This document shows, piece after piece, positions 11,201 through 25,500 of a stretch of DNA of 64,000 nucleotides. The DNA is taken from the NCBI GenBank assembly GCA_002269645.1, contig NIVC01000031.1, positions 992,001-1,056,000 on the forward strand. The letters run 5' to 3'. The notes beneath the pieces were generated by a model. That model saw nothing but the letters and a program-made list of their open reading frames with translations, had not been told where the DNA came from and searched no databases. Position numbers and translations under genes: made by a program. Source of the DNA: Macrostomum lignano. Its lineage: Eukaryota. How positions within the stretch are numbered: position 1 is the first letter of the stretch; each line of letters starts with the position of its first letter.

Positions 11201-14200
11201 GAGAGATTAATATGAGATGGAGATGAGAGATTAATATGAGATAGAGATGAGAGATTGATATGAGATAGAGATGAGAGATTGATATGAGATAGAGATGAGA
11301 GATTGATATGAGATGGAGATGAGAGATTGATGATGTAGAGATGAAAGATTGATATGGGATAGAGATGAGAGATTGATATGAGATGGAGATAAGAGATTGA
11401 TATGAGATGGAGATGAGAGATTGATATGGGATAGAGATGAGAGACTGATATGGGATAGAGATGGGAGATTGATATGAGATGGAGATGAGAGACTGATATG
11501 GGATAGAGATGAGAGACTGATATGGGATAGAGATGGGAGATTGATATGGGATAGAGATGAGAGACTGATATGGGATAGAGATGAGAGATTGATATGGGAT
11601 AGAGATGAGAGATTGATATGGGATAGAGATGAGAGATTGATATGGGATAGAGATGAGAGATTGATATGGGATAGAGATGAGAGATTGATATGGGATAGAG
11701 ATGAGAGATTGATGATGTAGAGATGAGAGATTGATGATGTAGAGATGAGAGATTGATATGGGATAGAGATGAGAGATTGATGATGTAGAGATGAGAGATT
11801 GATGATGTAGAGATGAGAGATTGATATGGGATAGAGATGAGAGACTGATATGGGATAGAGATGGGAGATTGATATGGGATAGAGATGAGAGACTGATATG
11901 GGATAGAGATGAGAGATTGATATGAGATGGAGATGAGAGATTGATATGGGATAGAGATGAGAGATTGATATGGGATAGAGATGAGAGATTGATATGGGAT
12001 AGAGATGAGAGACTGATATGGGATAGAGATGGGAGATTGATATGGGATAGAGATGAGAGACTGATATGGGATAGAGATGGGAGATTGATATGGGATAGAG
12101 ATGAGAGACTGATATGGGATAGAGATGAGAGATTGATATGGGATAGAGATGAGAGATTGATATGGGATAGAGATGAGAGATTGATATGGGATAGAGATGA
12201 GAGATTGATATGGGATAGAGATGAGAGATTGATATGGGATAGAGATGAGAGATTGATGATGTAGAGATGAGAGATTGATGATGTAGAGATGAGAGATTGA
12301 TATGGGATAGAGATGAGAGATTGATGATGTAGAGATGAGAGATTGATGATGTAGAGATGAGAGATTGATATGGGATAGAGATGAGAGACTGATATGGGAT
12401 AGAGATGGGAGATTGATATGGGATAGAGATGAGAGACTGATATGGGATAGAGATGAGAGATTGATATGAGATGGAGATGAGAGATTGATATGAGATGGAG
12501 ATGAGAGATTGATATGGGATAGAGATGGGAGATTGATATGAGATGGAGATGAGAGATTGATATGGGATAGAGATGAGAGACTGATATGGGATAGAGATGG
12601 GAGATTGATATGGGATAGAGATGAGAGATTGATATGGGATAGAGATGAGAGATTGATGATGTAGAGATGAGAGATTGATGATGTAGAGATGAGAGATTGA
12701 TATGGGATAGAGATGAGAGATTGATGATGTAGAGATGAGAGATTGATGATGTAGAGATGAGAGATTGATATGGGATAGAGATGAGAGACTGATATGGGAT
12801 AGAGATTGGAGATTGATATGAGATAGAGATGGGAGATTGATATGAGATAGAGATTGGAGATTGATATGAGATAGAGATGGGAGATTGATATGAGATAGAG
12901 ATGGGAGATTGATATGGGATAGAGATGGGAGATTGATATGAGATAGAGATGGGAGATTGATATGAGATAGAGATGAGAGATTGATATGGGATAGAGATGG
13001 GAGATTGATATGAGATAGAGATGGGAGATTGATATGGGATAGAGATGGGAGATTGATATGAGATAGAGATGAGAGATTGATATGAGATGGAGATGAGAGA
13101 TTGATATGGGATAGAGATGGGAGATTGATATGAGATAGAGATGGGAGATTGATATGGGATAGAGATGGGAGATTGATATGAGATAGAGATGGGAGATTGA
13201 TATGAGATAGAGATGGGAGATTGATATGAGATAGAGATGGGAGATTGATATGAGATAGAGATGGGAGATTGATATGGGATAGAGATGGGAGATTGATATG
13301 AGATAGAGATGAGAGATTGATATGGGATAGAGATGGGAGATTGATATGAGATAGAGATTGGAGATTGATATGAGATAGAGATGGGAGATTGATATGAGAT
13401 AGAGATGGGAGATTGATATGGGATAGAGATGGGAGATTGATATGAGATAGAGATGGGAGATTGATATGAGATAGAGATGAGAGATTGATATGGGATAGAG
13501 ATGGGAGATTGATATGAGATAGAGATGGGAGATTGATATGAGATAGAGATGGGAGATTGATCAGGGATAGAGATGGGAGATCGACATCCCAGGTGAGAGA
13601 TAGATATCGGAGACAAAGTCAAGAACTAGATTAGAAAGATGAGACACAATCCCAGCATCAATACAAATTGAAGCGCTTTTCCGATACATATAAATAATTG
13701 AAACGAAATAAAGGTTGAAAATATTCTGTAGTGACCCTGTATTGCTAGCAGCAGTTCAACCCGGATGGCCCGGTGACTCACACACCACTTTTAACTTTCA
13801 TTTTCGGTGGCGCAGAGGATAAGCATATTGTTGTGTTTCATTTTTCCCATCCAGCAATGATGTTGCATGGTTTCAACCATGAGGAATTTGTATCGAAAAT
13901 AGCTCGAATTCCATGATGACTTTTCGATGGGGAAGTGCTGATGGACAGAAATTCTCCCCAAATTATTTCTCCCTAGAGAGGCTGGGAGCTGCATATATAT
14001 ATTTAGATATACATTCAGCTTCAGTCTGCTGCTGTATATTGCTTCTTGACTAGTTTCATTTTCTCGTTTCAGTGTCAGCTAAAAGTTACGTAACCAGTGA
14101 CCATTGCATTAATAGAGCTGTGATGTGGTGAAGCCTGCAATATTTAGTAAAATTTTTGTAAATATATTATTACTTAAATCCATGGATATCTGCTGATTGA

Positions 14201-17200
14201 TGATGGGATATCTGCTGATTGATGATGGGATATTTAATGATTGATAATGGTATATCTGCTGATTGATGATGGGATATCAGCTGATTGATGATGAGATATC
14301 TGCTGATTGATGATGGGATGTCTGCTGATTGATGATGGGACTTTTTTGACACGCTTTACGGAGTCATATACAAGGCTGGCATAAATTCTTAGTGATAATT
14401 TGTCACCTATTTTAAGACAGTTTCATATCGGTGGCTTGAATTCTGAGTAATTACTATATTGAGCTGCATTAGCGGTCCGACCAGCTCCATCAGCGAACAA
14501 AGCTTAATGCCTAAGTCGCATTCACTAAAATCCATTAGCACTCTCGAGTCACAATCCGATTCCAGTTAGGAAAAAAAATTTAAAAGTACACAGGCTTCTA
14601 TTTTCAAAATGACAGAAATGAAAAGTTTTGCAGTATGCAATTTTAGTTTCAATGATGATGAAGCTTTCAAATCCTCAGAATCCAGATTGAAGACCCAAGC
14701 GCATGATATGGTGAAAAAAGACCAAGGAATGAAAGACTTGCAAGCAAACGGATTGGTTACCAGCCCCATGGTTTCTGGTTGGCCCTTCAAACCGTTGTAT
14801 TTTTTTACAGTTTGGGCAGAAATCTTGTGCTGCTATGCAGATAAAAATCTGCAACTTTCTCTGACAGATTTATAAGTTTTAACAAACTAAATTTATGTTT
14901 ATCGATCTGGTCCCATTGCAGCATGTCAGCTCTGCATCAGGCCGCTTTCACTGGTAGTCCTCAGATGTTGCAAGTTCTGCTTGAGCACGGAGGCAGAGTG
15001 GAACTGCAGGATTCCAGAGGTATGAGCCTGTTTCTGTACATTTTAGCACCTTTATTATTTGTGTAAAACATAAGACAAGAGCCAGACAGGAAGGGCCACA
15101 TCATCGAAGGAATTTATAATATAAATTTTCTCGAAGACGCATTGATACGTGAAAATACAGTGCTGTGTTCTCTAAGCTGAATACATCAATTGGAGAGGTT
15201 TCACAACAGCAACGGCAACAAAAGACATTGTCAGTCAGTCAAGAGATTTAAGAGAGACAAAGAAAACTTCACATGTAACATGTAAAATGCTGTCTTTTAG
15301 AGGTTTTGCCCAATGAAGATTGAGAATCTTAGGACAAAGAAACAATTTAACTACGTAAAGCGAAAGACCTTCCCAACCGTTTGCTGTTATTCAATGAAAT
15401 TAGTGCGGAATGTCTTATCCAGAATAAGCAGAACTTTTGGCTAGGTTCGTTGCAATGTATGATTATCAAGAGGTTACCGGCCTCGACGCTATGGCAGTTG
15501 TGTGTGAGGCGTGAACTCTCGATAGTGGAATTGTGTCTAGTTTCGTCCAAAAACCAATTCAAAACGGCTAGGACACAACTTCCCAGAAGGGAATTGTTCA
15601 CTGAGTGATTCTAGGGATTTGTGTCATAGGCATTTTCCACTTGGCGCAAGCCAAATGATGGCCATAGACTAAACGTCTGGAACGAAAAGTTAAGCGGAAC
15701 AGTCTGAAATTACCATAGACGAAACATGTTTGGTTTGAGCGATAGACAAATATATAATCCGGATTCGAACGAAGCAAAGGAACAGCAAAGAAACAAAGTA
15801 CGCGAGCATGGGTGACAACTTGCCCAGAACAGGGTCAGTAACGCGTATAGCAGCCACGTGCGTGCAGCAGAGCGCTCACTCTCCGGGGCATCCCCAGAAC
15901 CAGGCGTCGCAGAAAATCTTACGGTAGTTGTTGCCATGCAGTTCTACAGTGATTCGCGCAGTTGGGAAACGTTTTGCGGCGGGTTGTCCTGCCGAATCGA
16001 GCGCTTCGGGTTATCTCAAACGTGCTCTATGGGATTCATGTCCGGTGATCGGGACGGCCAGCGCAAGGTTCGCAGGTGCAGCAGCTCCTTCAGATGCGCC
16101 ACAGCGGCTGCGCGATGCGGTGGGGCGTTGTCGTCTTGGAAGACGCTGCTCCCCACGCCACCACATGAAGCATCAATGACGCAAGTGCGTGTTGACGAAA
16201 TCATCAATCGTCTATGGCACAAGTCTGGCGACAAAAACCAGTTTTGAAACTCTAAATATACACGGCTGGCGCGAGGGTGGAAACTTTTCAATGTTGCTAA
16301 GTGTATATATATTGACACGAGAAAACATGTAGATTTTCAGACTCGCAGATTGAACCTATAAATAAACTGTTCATCAAAGGAAGGCTTTGTGGCCTAGTGG
16401 TTGGAACTTAGAGCGCCGTACCCATTCGGAATTTGTGTCCTTGAGCAAGACTCTACATTGCTTCAGTTCAGCTGTACAATGGGTGCCAGCATTTAGCTGG
16501 GGTAATTCAGAGTGGGGCGTGGTGACCCCCAGTCCTTTGACTGAACAGCCGTACGCAGCCTTCAGATGCGCCGCGCAATAGCTGCGGCTGTGCTGTCAGT
16601 GGAATGTACTTGATTGCTTGCTCATTAATTCAATAATTAATAACTGCATTGTAAATCGGCAGGCCTGACTCCACTTCACGTGGCCAGTTATCAGGGTCAT
16701 TTTGACTCCGTACACCTACTGCTGAAATGGAACAGCTCCATCAACGCGGTGGCCGCTGGTGGCCAGACTCCACTGCATCTTGCTTGCCAAGGTGGACACT
16801 ACGATGTGGTAAGAGAATTATTGATCACACCGCAGACCCCCTTTGATGTTGTCGATATGATCTTTGCTTTAAATACCTAAGACGGGAGTTAAAGCTCTAT
16901 AAATTGCCAAATACAGAAAGACTATCACTATTATAGTATGCAACATGGATTGTAACAATAGCTAATAACCAACAAACAACCAACAGGTGAAGCTACTATT
17001 GTGCAACAATGCCGATCCGATGCTGCGAACAGAAGATGGCCGAACAGCATTTGATGCGGCTTGCGAGTTTGGGCATTTTTCGGTGAGTCTTGTCTAACTT
17101 TCCTTGCCTTTTTTACTTTTTTATAAGGTACTCTGTCTTGTGAGTCTTCTGTTTGGTGTCACATTGTCGTGTAGGTCTTCTGTCTACTCATCTGAGATGT

Positions 17201-20200
17201 CTGTGTGTATTCCTTCTGTATGTCTCAGTAAGTTCTTCTGTAAGTACTCTGTATGTGTCTCAGTGTCTTGTAAGTTTTCTGTAGGTGTCTCAGTATACTG
17301 TAACTCCTGTGTGTCTCAGTGTCCTGTAAGACCTCTGTAGGTGTCTTGGTGTCCTGTAAGTCCTCTGTATGTGTCTCAGTGTCCTGTAAGTCCTCTGTAT
17401 GTGTCTCAGTGCCCTGTAAGTCCTCTGTATGTGTCTCAGTGCCCTGTAAGTCCTCTGTAGGTGTCTCAGTGTCCTGTAAGTCCTCTGTAGGTGTCTCAGT
17501 GTCCTGTAAGTCCTCTGTATGTGTCTCAGTGTCCTGTAAGTCCTCTGTAGGTGTCTCAGTGCCCTGTAAGTCCTCTGTAGGTGTCTCAGTGCCCTGTAAG
17601 TCCTCTGTAGGTGTCTCAGTGTCCTGTAAGTCCTCTGTATGTGTCTCAGTGTCCTGTAAGTCCTCTGTATGTGTCTCAGTGCCCTGTAAGTCCTCTGTAT
17701 GTGTCTTAGTGTCCTGTAAGTCCTCTGTATGTGTCTCAGTGCCCTGTAAGTCCTCTGTAGGTGTCTCAGTGCCCTGTAAGTCCTCTGTATGTGTCTCAGT
17801 GTCCTGTAAGTCCTCTGTATGTGTCTCAGTGTCCTGTAAGTCCTCTGTATGTGTCTCAGTGCCCTGTAAGTCCTCTGTATGTGTTTCAGTGTCCTGTAAG
17901 TCCTCTGTATGTGTCTCAGTGTCCTGTAAGTCCTCTGTAGGTGTCTTGGTGTCCCGTAAGTCCTTTGTGGGTGTCTCATTGTCCTGTAAGTCCTCTGTAT
18001 GTGTCTCAGTGTCCTGTAAGTCCTCTGTATGTGTCTCAGTGTCCTGTAAGTCCTCTGTATGTGTCTCAGTGTCCTATAAGTCCTCTGTAGGTGTCTCAGT
18101 GTCCTGTAAGTCCTCTGTATGTGTCTTGGTGTCCCGTAAGTCCTTTGTGGGTGTCTCATTGTCCTGTAAATCCTCTGTGGGTGTCTCAGTGTCCTGTAAG
18201 TCCTCTGTAAGTGCCTCAGTGTCCTGTGAACGCGTCTAGATCTTATACGTTTTAAATGACTTAATTTCGTATTTTAGCTTTATAGATCTTTCGTATTTAA
18301 TAGTAAAATTATTTTCAGATTTTCAAGCCAAGAGAAATTACGTTTACGTTTCTTTCTACGCAGCATAAAGCTTTACTATCCAGGCCTCACCTTCCGCATA
18401 AAGAAAGCGAAGGAGCTATAAAATTCGAATTATAACCTGCTCCGCTGCATGCAACTGAGTAGATTCAGATGAGAACTTCCTGTCTTTGTCGCAGTGGGTC
18501 CTCTGGTTTTTCCAACCCCATGTGTGGTTTCTATACGGAAATTCGTAACTTTAGTAGCAAAGTGCCCTTGTTTTTTTCTCGAACCAACACAGATCGCCCA
18601 GCTGCTCGTGTCCATGAAGTCGGTTACCGGTCTGCTGTACGAAGATTGCCACTTCTTTACTGCCGCCGACGACGCAAAAGAGGGCACAAAGCGGCAGCAG
18701 CACAATCTGCCGTCTTGTCTGCACTTGACGGCTAGGAATGGCCACACGGATGTGCTGCGGTGAGGCACTGATCTGGGAGACTGACAGCACTGCTCCCCTG
18801 TGCCCCTGTGCCTCTACCGCCTCCCTCTCTACCTCTCTCCCTCTACTTCCTTGTCTGCCTCCCTCTCTACCTCTCTCCCTCTACTTCCCTGTCTGCCTCC
18901 CTCTCTACCTCTCTGTACCTCTCTACCACCTCACTCTCTACCTCTCCACCTCCCTTTCTGCCTACTTCACCTAATCCTCTAGCTGCCTATCTATATCGCA
19001 CTCTATCCAATTTCTGTAATATAGATCTGTATCCCCGTCTTTCCTCTCATTTCTTTTTATCACTGGATTAATCTTGCTAAAGCAGGCCATTTTGAAATAT
19101 AGATTTTCAACTAGTTAAAATATATATTTTAACTGTTTTTTTTGTAACTCGATGACTCCTACTAATCCCAATTCCCAAGTGCCACTTTAGGAAAAACAAA
19201 GTGCTTTCAATTTTTTTTAATCTCCCAAAAAAGCCTTGCTTTTATCTTCAACTAGCTGGTTATCATCAATTCATAGAAACAAAGCTGTAAAAAGAGTCAA
19301 ACCTCTGGTTTATCAACGTTTTGTTGTGAGAGAAATTCTAGCGCTATCCTCTGAACAGTATTGGCACTGCTTCTATACATGTTAACTACCGCATGGCCGA
19401 GTGATATAATTGCCCATGCCTACACGCAGCACCTCTTATCGTCGTTACATTTTAAGGACGTGACCCCTCAGTTGCAGAGGTTCCTCCAGTATGATCTTTA
19501 GATATCGTATATATATATATATAGGAAACACAGGGCATCCTTGACCTCTCGCTTGGAGTAGTTTCCTGAACCCCCACCTCTCACAGTCTTATCTATATGC
19601 ATTCTGGGTCAGTGTTTTATGGTCAACTCAAATATTTAGGATTTTCGTTTGCGGAGTTACTGGCTAGCTTGGTAAAATCTATATACAAAGTAGTATAGTG
19701 GATAATTAACATAGGATGCAAAAGTTTTATTATATCGTATCTTTCTCTGTTAAAAACTAGACTTTCCGAATTCCAAAATTTACAAATTGACTTTCTCTGA
19801 GCACTTGATTGAGAATCGATTCGTCTAAAGTTTGTTGTTTTACCGAATTTTCAGACTGCTACTGAATCAATCCGGTGTTAATGTTAACCGTCTGACTGCT
19901 CAGGGCACCTGTCTGCACCTGGCTGTGGCACATGGTCATCTAGATGCTGCTCGACTGTTGCTTGAGGTGAGCTTGAGCTGCAACGATTCGGAGCTTACAG
20001 ACTTGATGCTCTCTTGTTTTGGGGCCACAATGTGCACTCTCTGAAAATGAGATAAGATGCATGCATGGGATAGGGGGCCGTAGCCCAGCGGTCTGGCGCG
20101 GCTCTCTGATGTTCCAGCGGCCCAGGCTCGATTCCAAGTGCAGTCACATTAATTTGGGGCTAATTTGGGATCTCTAATTAACGGCCGCCTTGAGGGCCAC

Positions 20201-21947
20201 AGTGAAGTGTACATGCCTAAAGATAAATAAAGTTAGGGCCGCTGTACACTCCTGTGTGTGTGCCTGCGCGCTTGTGTGACAATGTTGCTTAAAGTGCCCC
20301 AGAATGCACACAGCCCCCTGCTTCTAATAAAAAATTTACTGGATAGAACATGTTCATAATCTGATTAAGTGTCTATCTTATGTTTTGCGCAGTTCTCACT
20401 AGCTAATCTAAATTTGTTATTTTGATGCGGGCTAATTATTTTTAAAATTCGCTTCAACAGACGTTAATTTCGTTTAATTTAGAAATTAAAGTCACCCGTG
20501 TAGCAAGACAGAGCCGAAACAGCGCAGTAAAACAAAGATGATTCATTCTGTTCAAGGCTAAAGTCGCTAAACTTCAAAAGAAAGTATTCTTCAAGGAGAA
20601 ATGCCTCCAAGGAGAAGCACGACCTCAGAAATCTCAGTAATCTTGCTACACAATATTATTTTCGAATTACCGAAATCTTGGCGAAGATTCGAAAGTGATC
20701 GACATGTGTATACTCCTCGAAAACCAGGGGCTGGATTTAATATATTCTAGTTCTCACGGCTGCAGACAAGATGATAGAGGAAGGAGAGGAACTAGGAGAT
20801 AGAGGAAGAGGATATAGAGAATAGAGTTGAGACGAGACATTTTCGGATTGCTACTGTGAATTTTCAAAGGACCCGATCGAGGGCCGGATAGAGAGGCTTC
20901 GTTCGGACTTTGCCGACCGCTGAGCTGTAAAACTTCATCTCTATAGGGCGCAGCACGCATGAGTCATCCAGAGTCCGTTCATCGACAACTCAACTAATAA
21001 AACAGATTCGACTATTTCGACTCTCTGACCATGAGTAGACGGGGTCGAACTCTCCCCTCCCTGCATGTATCCATGATGCACAAGGGAGCAAATTGAATTT
21101 CTGTTGGCGAACAAGTCGACCAGTAATATGGAATGGAAGAGGGAAGAGAGAAGATAAGGAATGGGAAAAGAAACGCTTGCTATAGTCAATGGTCAGGCGC
21201 AAGGGCTCGTAGCTGCTGCAGGGGAAACATGACGTCGATGAGTCATCGTGGATTTCGGACTCATTCTGATTAACGAGTATCTCTATTCGCGGCTAAAGCT
21301 TATATACGAGTTGTAGAAGGGAAAGTTGTATAGGTAGCATACTTGAGTAGACTCCAATTTTATAGTTTTCTAAGCCAGCTGTGTTTGATCAGGAACAGCG
21401 CGTGCAGAAGGCGTGACTGACAGGCCAAAAATTGATTCAGTTAAAAAAAAATTACACCTGCCAACAATTTGAAATTATTAAAATAGCATGCCCTACTAAA
21501 AAAATCTAAGTGGTTAATTGCCTGCAACAATTATTGCAAAAAAATGGTAATTCAAAAGCGTTCGTGAAGTGGTGCAGTTGTGAGACCCAAATGGGTCTGA
21601 GATAAAAATCTCAAAGAAGATGCAGGGGACTTGGGCACGGTGTGCGGTTAAAGTGGATTGCACGAGTATAGAGGCTGCTCGCACAGACTGGAGAAAGCTA
21701 TCATTTAATTGTGAGCACTATTTTTCGAAGAGTTTAGAGAGACCCTAAACAGTTGATGTAAACGCACCTAGCTGAGCTCGAATATAATGCGAAGAAAGAT
21801 ACCTGTTCAGATGCGACCTGGCTAGCTAGCAGACATCTACAGAGCACCAAGGGACAGGTTTATATCTCATATACCCATGAGCAACTGCGTGGTTGAGCGC
21901 AAATTGCTTTTCATCTCGGCTTCGCTCTCTCGCCTCTCTCGCCTTAA

Positions 21948-21990
<43 letters not shown>

Positions 21991-22560
21991 GCCCTAGCGT
22001 GTACATTGCTGGCGAACTTGCACAAGCCCAACTCATGGTAGTTGTCTCGTCGTTAGATGAGAGCAGAGAGCTGAACAATGCGAAATTTCGAAAACCTGCC
22101 CTGTCCTCCACTCTTGCCCTAAAATATATGCTTATTTTCCGACGCAACTCTGAGATTTTAAAACCGTAAGGCTCAAGCGATACAAGCAGCTTGCTTAGAA
22201 TTAATTCCTAAAAACTGCACACAGACAGGCTACTGTTGGTTGTCACAGACTTTGGCGTTCCGTTTAAAGATACTTCACCTTTTCCTTAAACGCTGGAAAG
22301 ACTTGCGCTATCATGCTACGAAGCCAAGCCTAATTGAATAACGAGTCATAGCAAAGCCACTTTAACACTGAAATGCTGGGCAGCGAAGTTTACTCAGTGA
22401 ATCCGGAAGCGCTTCCGCCTCCACCGGCCGAGTTTCTGGACAAATCGGTGTCCAAATCGACGACTGGTAGTCGACAGACGCAGCCGTCACCGCCACCGCC
22501 TCCGCCGCATCGACGACCGTTGACAACTCAGCCTCCAGCGTCTCCGACATTGTTTCGATC

Positions 22561-22597
<37 letters not shown>

Positions 22598-25500
22598 CAA
22601 CAGCAGCAACAACAATTAGCTCCGTTGCCTTTTGTGATTCCCCCTCCGTTGGGCCCGTTACGCTTGGACACTGTCAAGCTCCGACTTCGCACAGCAGCCG
22701 AACGAGCTGCTCAAGGCGTCCCAGCATTTGTAGCTGGTCGACAGTCACACAGTAGCGGCAGTAGCATCAGCAGTCTCAGTAACTCAGTCGGTGGCAGCAA
22801 TGGCAGCGTATTCATGCCTGCGGCCGGGGGCCCGGCCATTGTTTTGCCTTATAGACCGCCGCGATCGAATAGTTTGAGTTTGAGCTGCTACGGCAGCGAC
22901 TCGTTGCCAGTGAGTTTCGATTTGTGGAGCAGTCAAAGCAGGTTGAGCTGGAGAGAGGTTGCTTAAGCAGGCTCTTTATCTCTCATCAAGTGTACATGTA
23001 CCGAACCTAATGAATAGCTTCAGTGCATCCTTGATCAGTTTTCGCAAAACTATTGGGCATATGCTATACAACCAGAACAAAGTTGCATTCCAGTTTTGTA
23101 TATCTATAGATAGCCAAATAGGGAATTCTGGTTTTTTAAAGCCTTTTACGATCCCCCCCTACAGGCGAAGACTCTCAACTATCAGAGAATTTGTTTATCT
23201 TCTTTTCGATAGCGCGGCTAAAATGCCGGAACAAGATCAAGAGAGAAAGGGAGGACGCGCCGGCTGCATATTTTGTGTTGTGCAGGCAATATGGCCTCGA
23301 TTCCGGCTTGCAACTAAGAACTAATTTATGAGGCGAGTTCAGGCCTGTGGGCAATAAGTTAGTGCAAAAACCGATGGGTTCGGTAGCAGCATCATAATTA
23401 AACCATTTCTATCCTGATTGGGATTCCATGTAGAATTTGGGTGGTCCAATATTGTAATCTTGTAGAATTCAGTCTGTCCATTGTAACTTTACCATGATTG
23501 AGTATTTAATTCTTGGCAAATGTCCAAAAAAGTTTTTCGGCCGAGATGTCGCCAACTATAGTATTGATCCGAGGGACGCTTCACACACACGTTCTCTCGT
23601 TCTGCTTTTCTCAACTCGATCGATTTTGTTATAATCCTTTCCTGTTTTCGAATTGCAGCGAGGCATTGATCCGACACTGCAGAACAGCAACGGGCAGACT
23701 GCAAAAGATTTGATAACGAGAGACACGCCGCACGCGAGGGAGCTCAATCAGATGCTGTCGGGTGAGTAACTTCAATCGAATTCGAAATTTTTAATGGCTG
23801 ATGGCAGTTTCACAAAATTTAACAAAATACCTAAATCAATAGTCAGATTTAATTAGGGGAAATGTATTTTTATAGGTTGATGAATATTTCTGAGAAATCG
23901 AACTTTTATACCGAGTAGGCGCAGTTAAACAAATCTTTAAAAATACGCTCGTACATAAACTCTGCGTAGTTTATATGATGTTGGTTCGTATATCGAATAA
24001 TAAACACTCTAATTGCCTTTCGTGAATGGCTACATAATTTTTTTGTTTTAATAAACAAGCTCTGAATGGACACATGCATGCATAACGAGATACTCGTAGA
24101 TAGATTGATATCTAACAAATTTAATTACTCGTGGCTTAACTTTCTGCCTTTCGAAATTGTATTAATTACTTAATACGCTCAGTCGTTGTACTTGTGCTTC
24201 ATGCCATGACTCGCAAAACGCAAGATCATAAAACGACCAAACCGTAGCCCAAAATAGTTTTGGTCGTTAAGACTTTTAGGGCGCCGAGGTCGCTGTGGTT
24301 TTGATATTTTTTACAGCTTCGATCCGCGTGTGTCATGGAGGCTTCTCTGCATTCCATGCCGCTATTCCTGGATACAACCTAATTCGTGCACTTTCTGTAG
24401 TTACAAAGTAATTCCTTTCTCCTGAAAATAGACTTTTTTACATTGAAGCCGCTGAAAAGTACTTTGGAATGTCACAAATGGTAAAATGCCACCAAACATA
24501 ACTAAGATACTGACTGGCAAATATTTAGTTTGGTAATGACTAAAGATACAATATTTTTGTACTTAGACAACAATATTGGCTACCCTGACTACAATATTAA
24601 CTGCCCTAGCAACATGATTGGCTCCCCTAGCAACATAACTGGCTCCCCTAGCAACATGACTAAGCTTCCCTAGCAACAAGACTAGCTACCAGAGCAACAT
24701 AACTGGCTTCCCTAGCAACAGGACTAGCTCCCTAGCAACAAAAATAGCTGCTCTAACAACAGGACTAGCGCCCTAGCAACAAGACTAGCGTCCTAGCTAC
24801 AAGACTAGCTCCCATAGAAACAATATTAGCTGCCCTAGCAACAGGACTAGCGCCCTAGCAACAAAAATAGTCGCCCTAGCAACAAGACTAGCTACCAGAG
24901 CAACATAACTGGCTTCCCTAGCAACATGACTAGCTCCCTAGCAACAAAAATAGCTGCTCTAACAACAGGACTAGCGTCCTAGCAACAAGACTAGCTCCCT
25001 AGCAACATGACTAGCTCCCCTAGAAACTATATTAGCTCCCCTAGCAACAGGACTAGCTCCATAGCAACTAAACTAGCTCCCCCAATACTAGCGAAAAGAG
25101 CAACTGGGAAAAACTACAACAAGCAACCGAATAAAAGACCCTATGGAAAACAATTGTAGCTAATTGATTACGCGCCTGCATGCATACAAAATTGCATAGA
25201 CGATGTTTGCTCCACAGCGAAGTTTTATCATAAAGGGTATATTATTTACAAGCTCAATGCACTTTTTACATTAATCACGCAATAAAAGAGTTAATACGAA
25301 TTCTATAAGCATACAATACTCTCAATTCCCGCTATAGCTATCATAAATCAAAGAGCAGACAGCAGACAGCCGCATTGTGATTCGGAAATAATGAATATTG
25401 TGGCTATCAGTATTCTGTGATCAGTACTGGGTGTTAGCAATTTATTTAGTGAATCAATTGTTTGTTGCAATCGTTTCGCGAAAAAATGCTTTTGAAGCTG

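Noticed and set aside
11055-13622. 855-aa minus-strand ORF
   Set aside because: Translation of a stop-free 22/24-bp satellite; lies in a Caskin intron.
24232-24268. 10-bp stem hairpin AACGACCAAA...TTTGGTCGTT
   Set aside because: Single short inverted repeat; no other evidence of an ncRNA or Helitron end.
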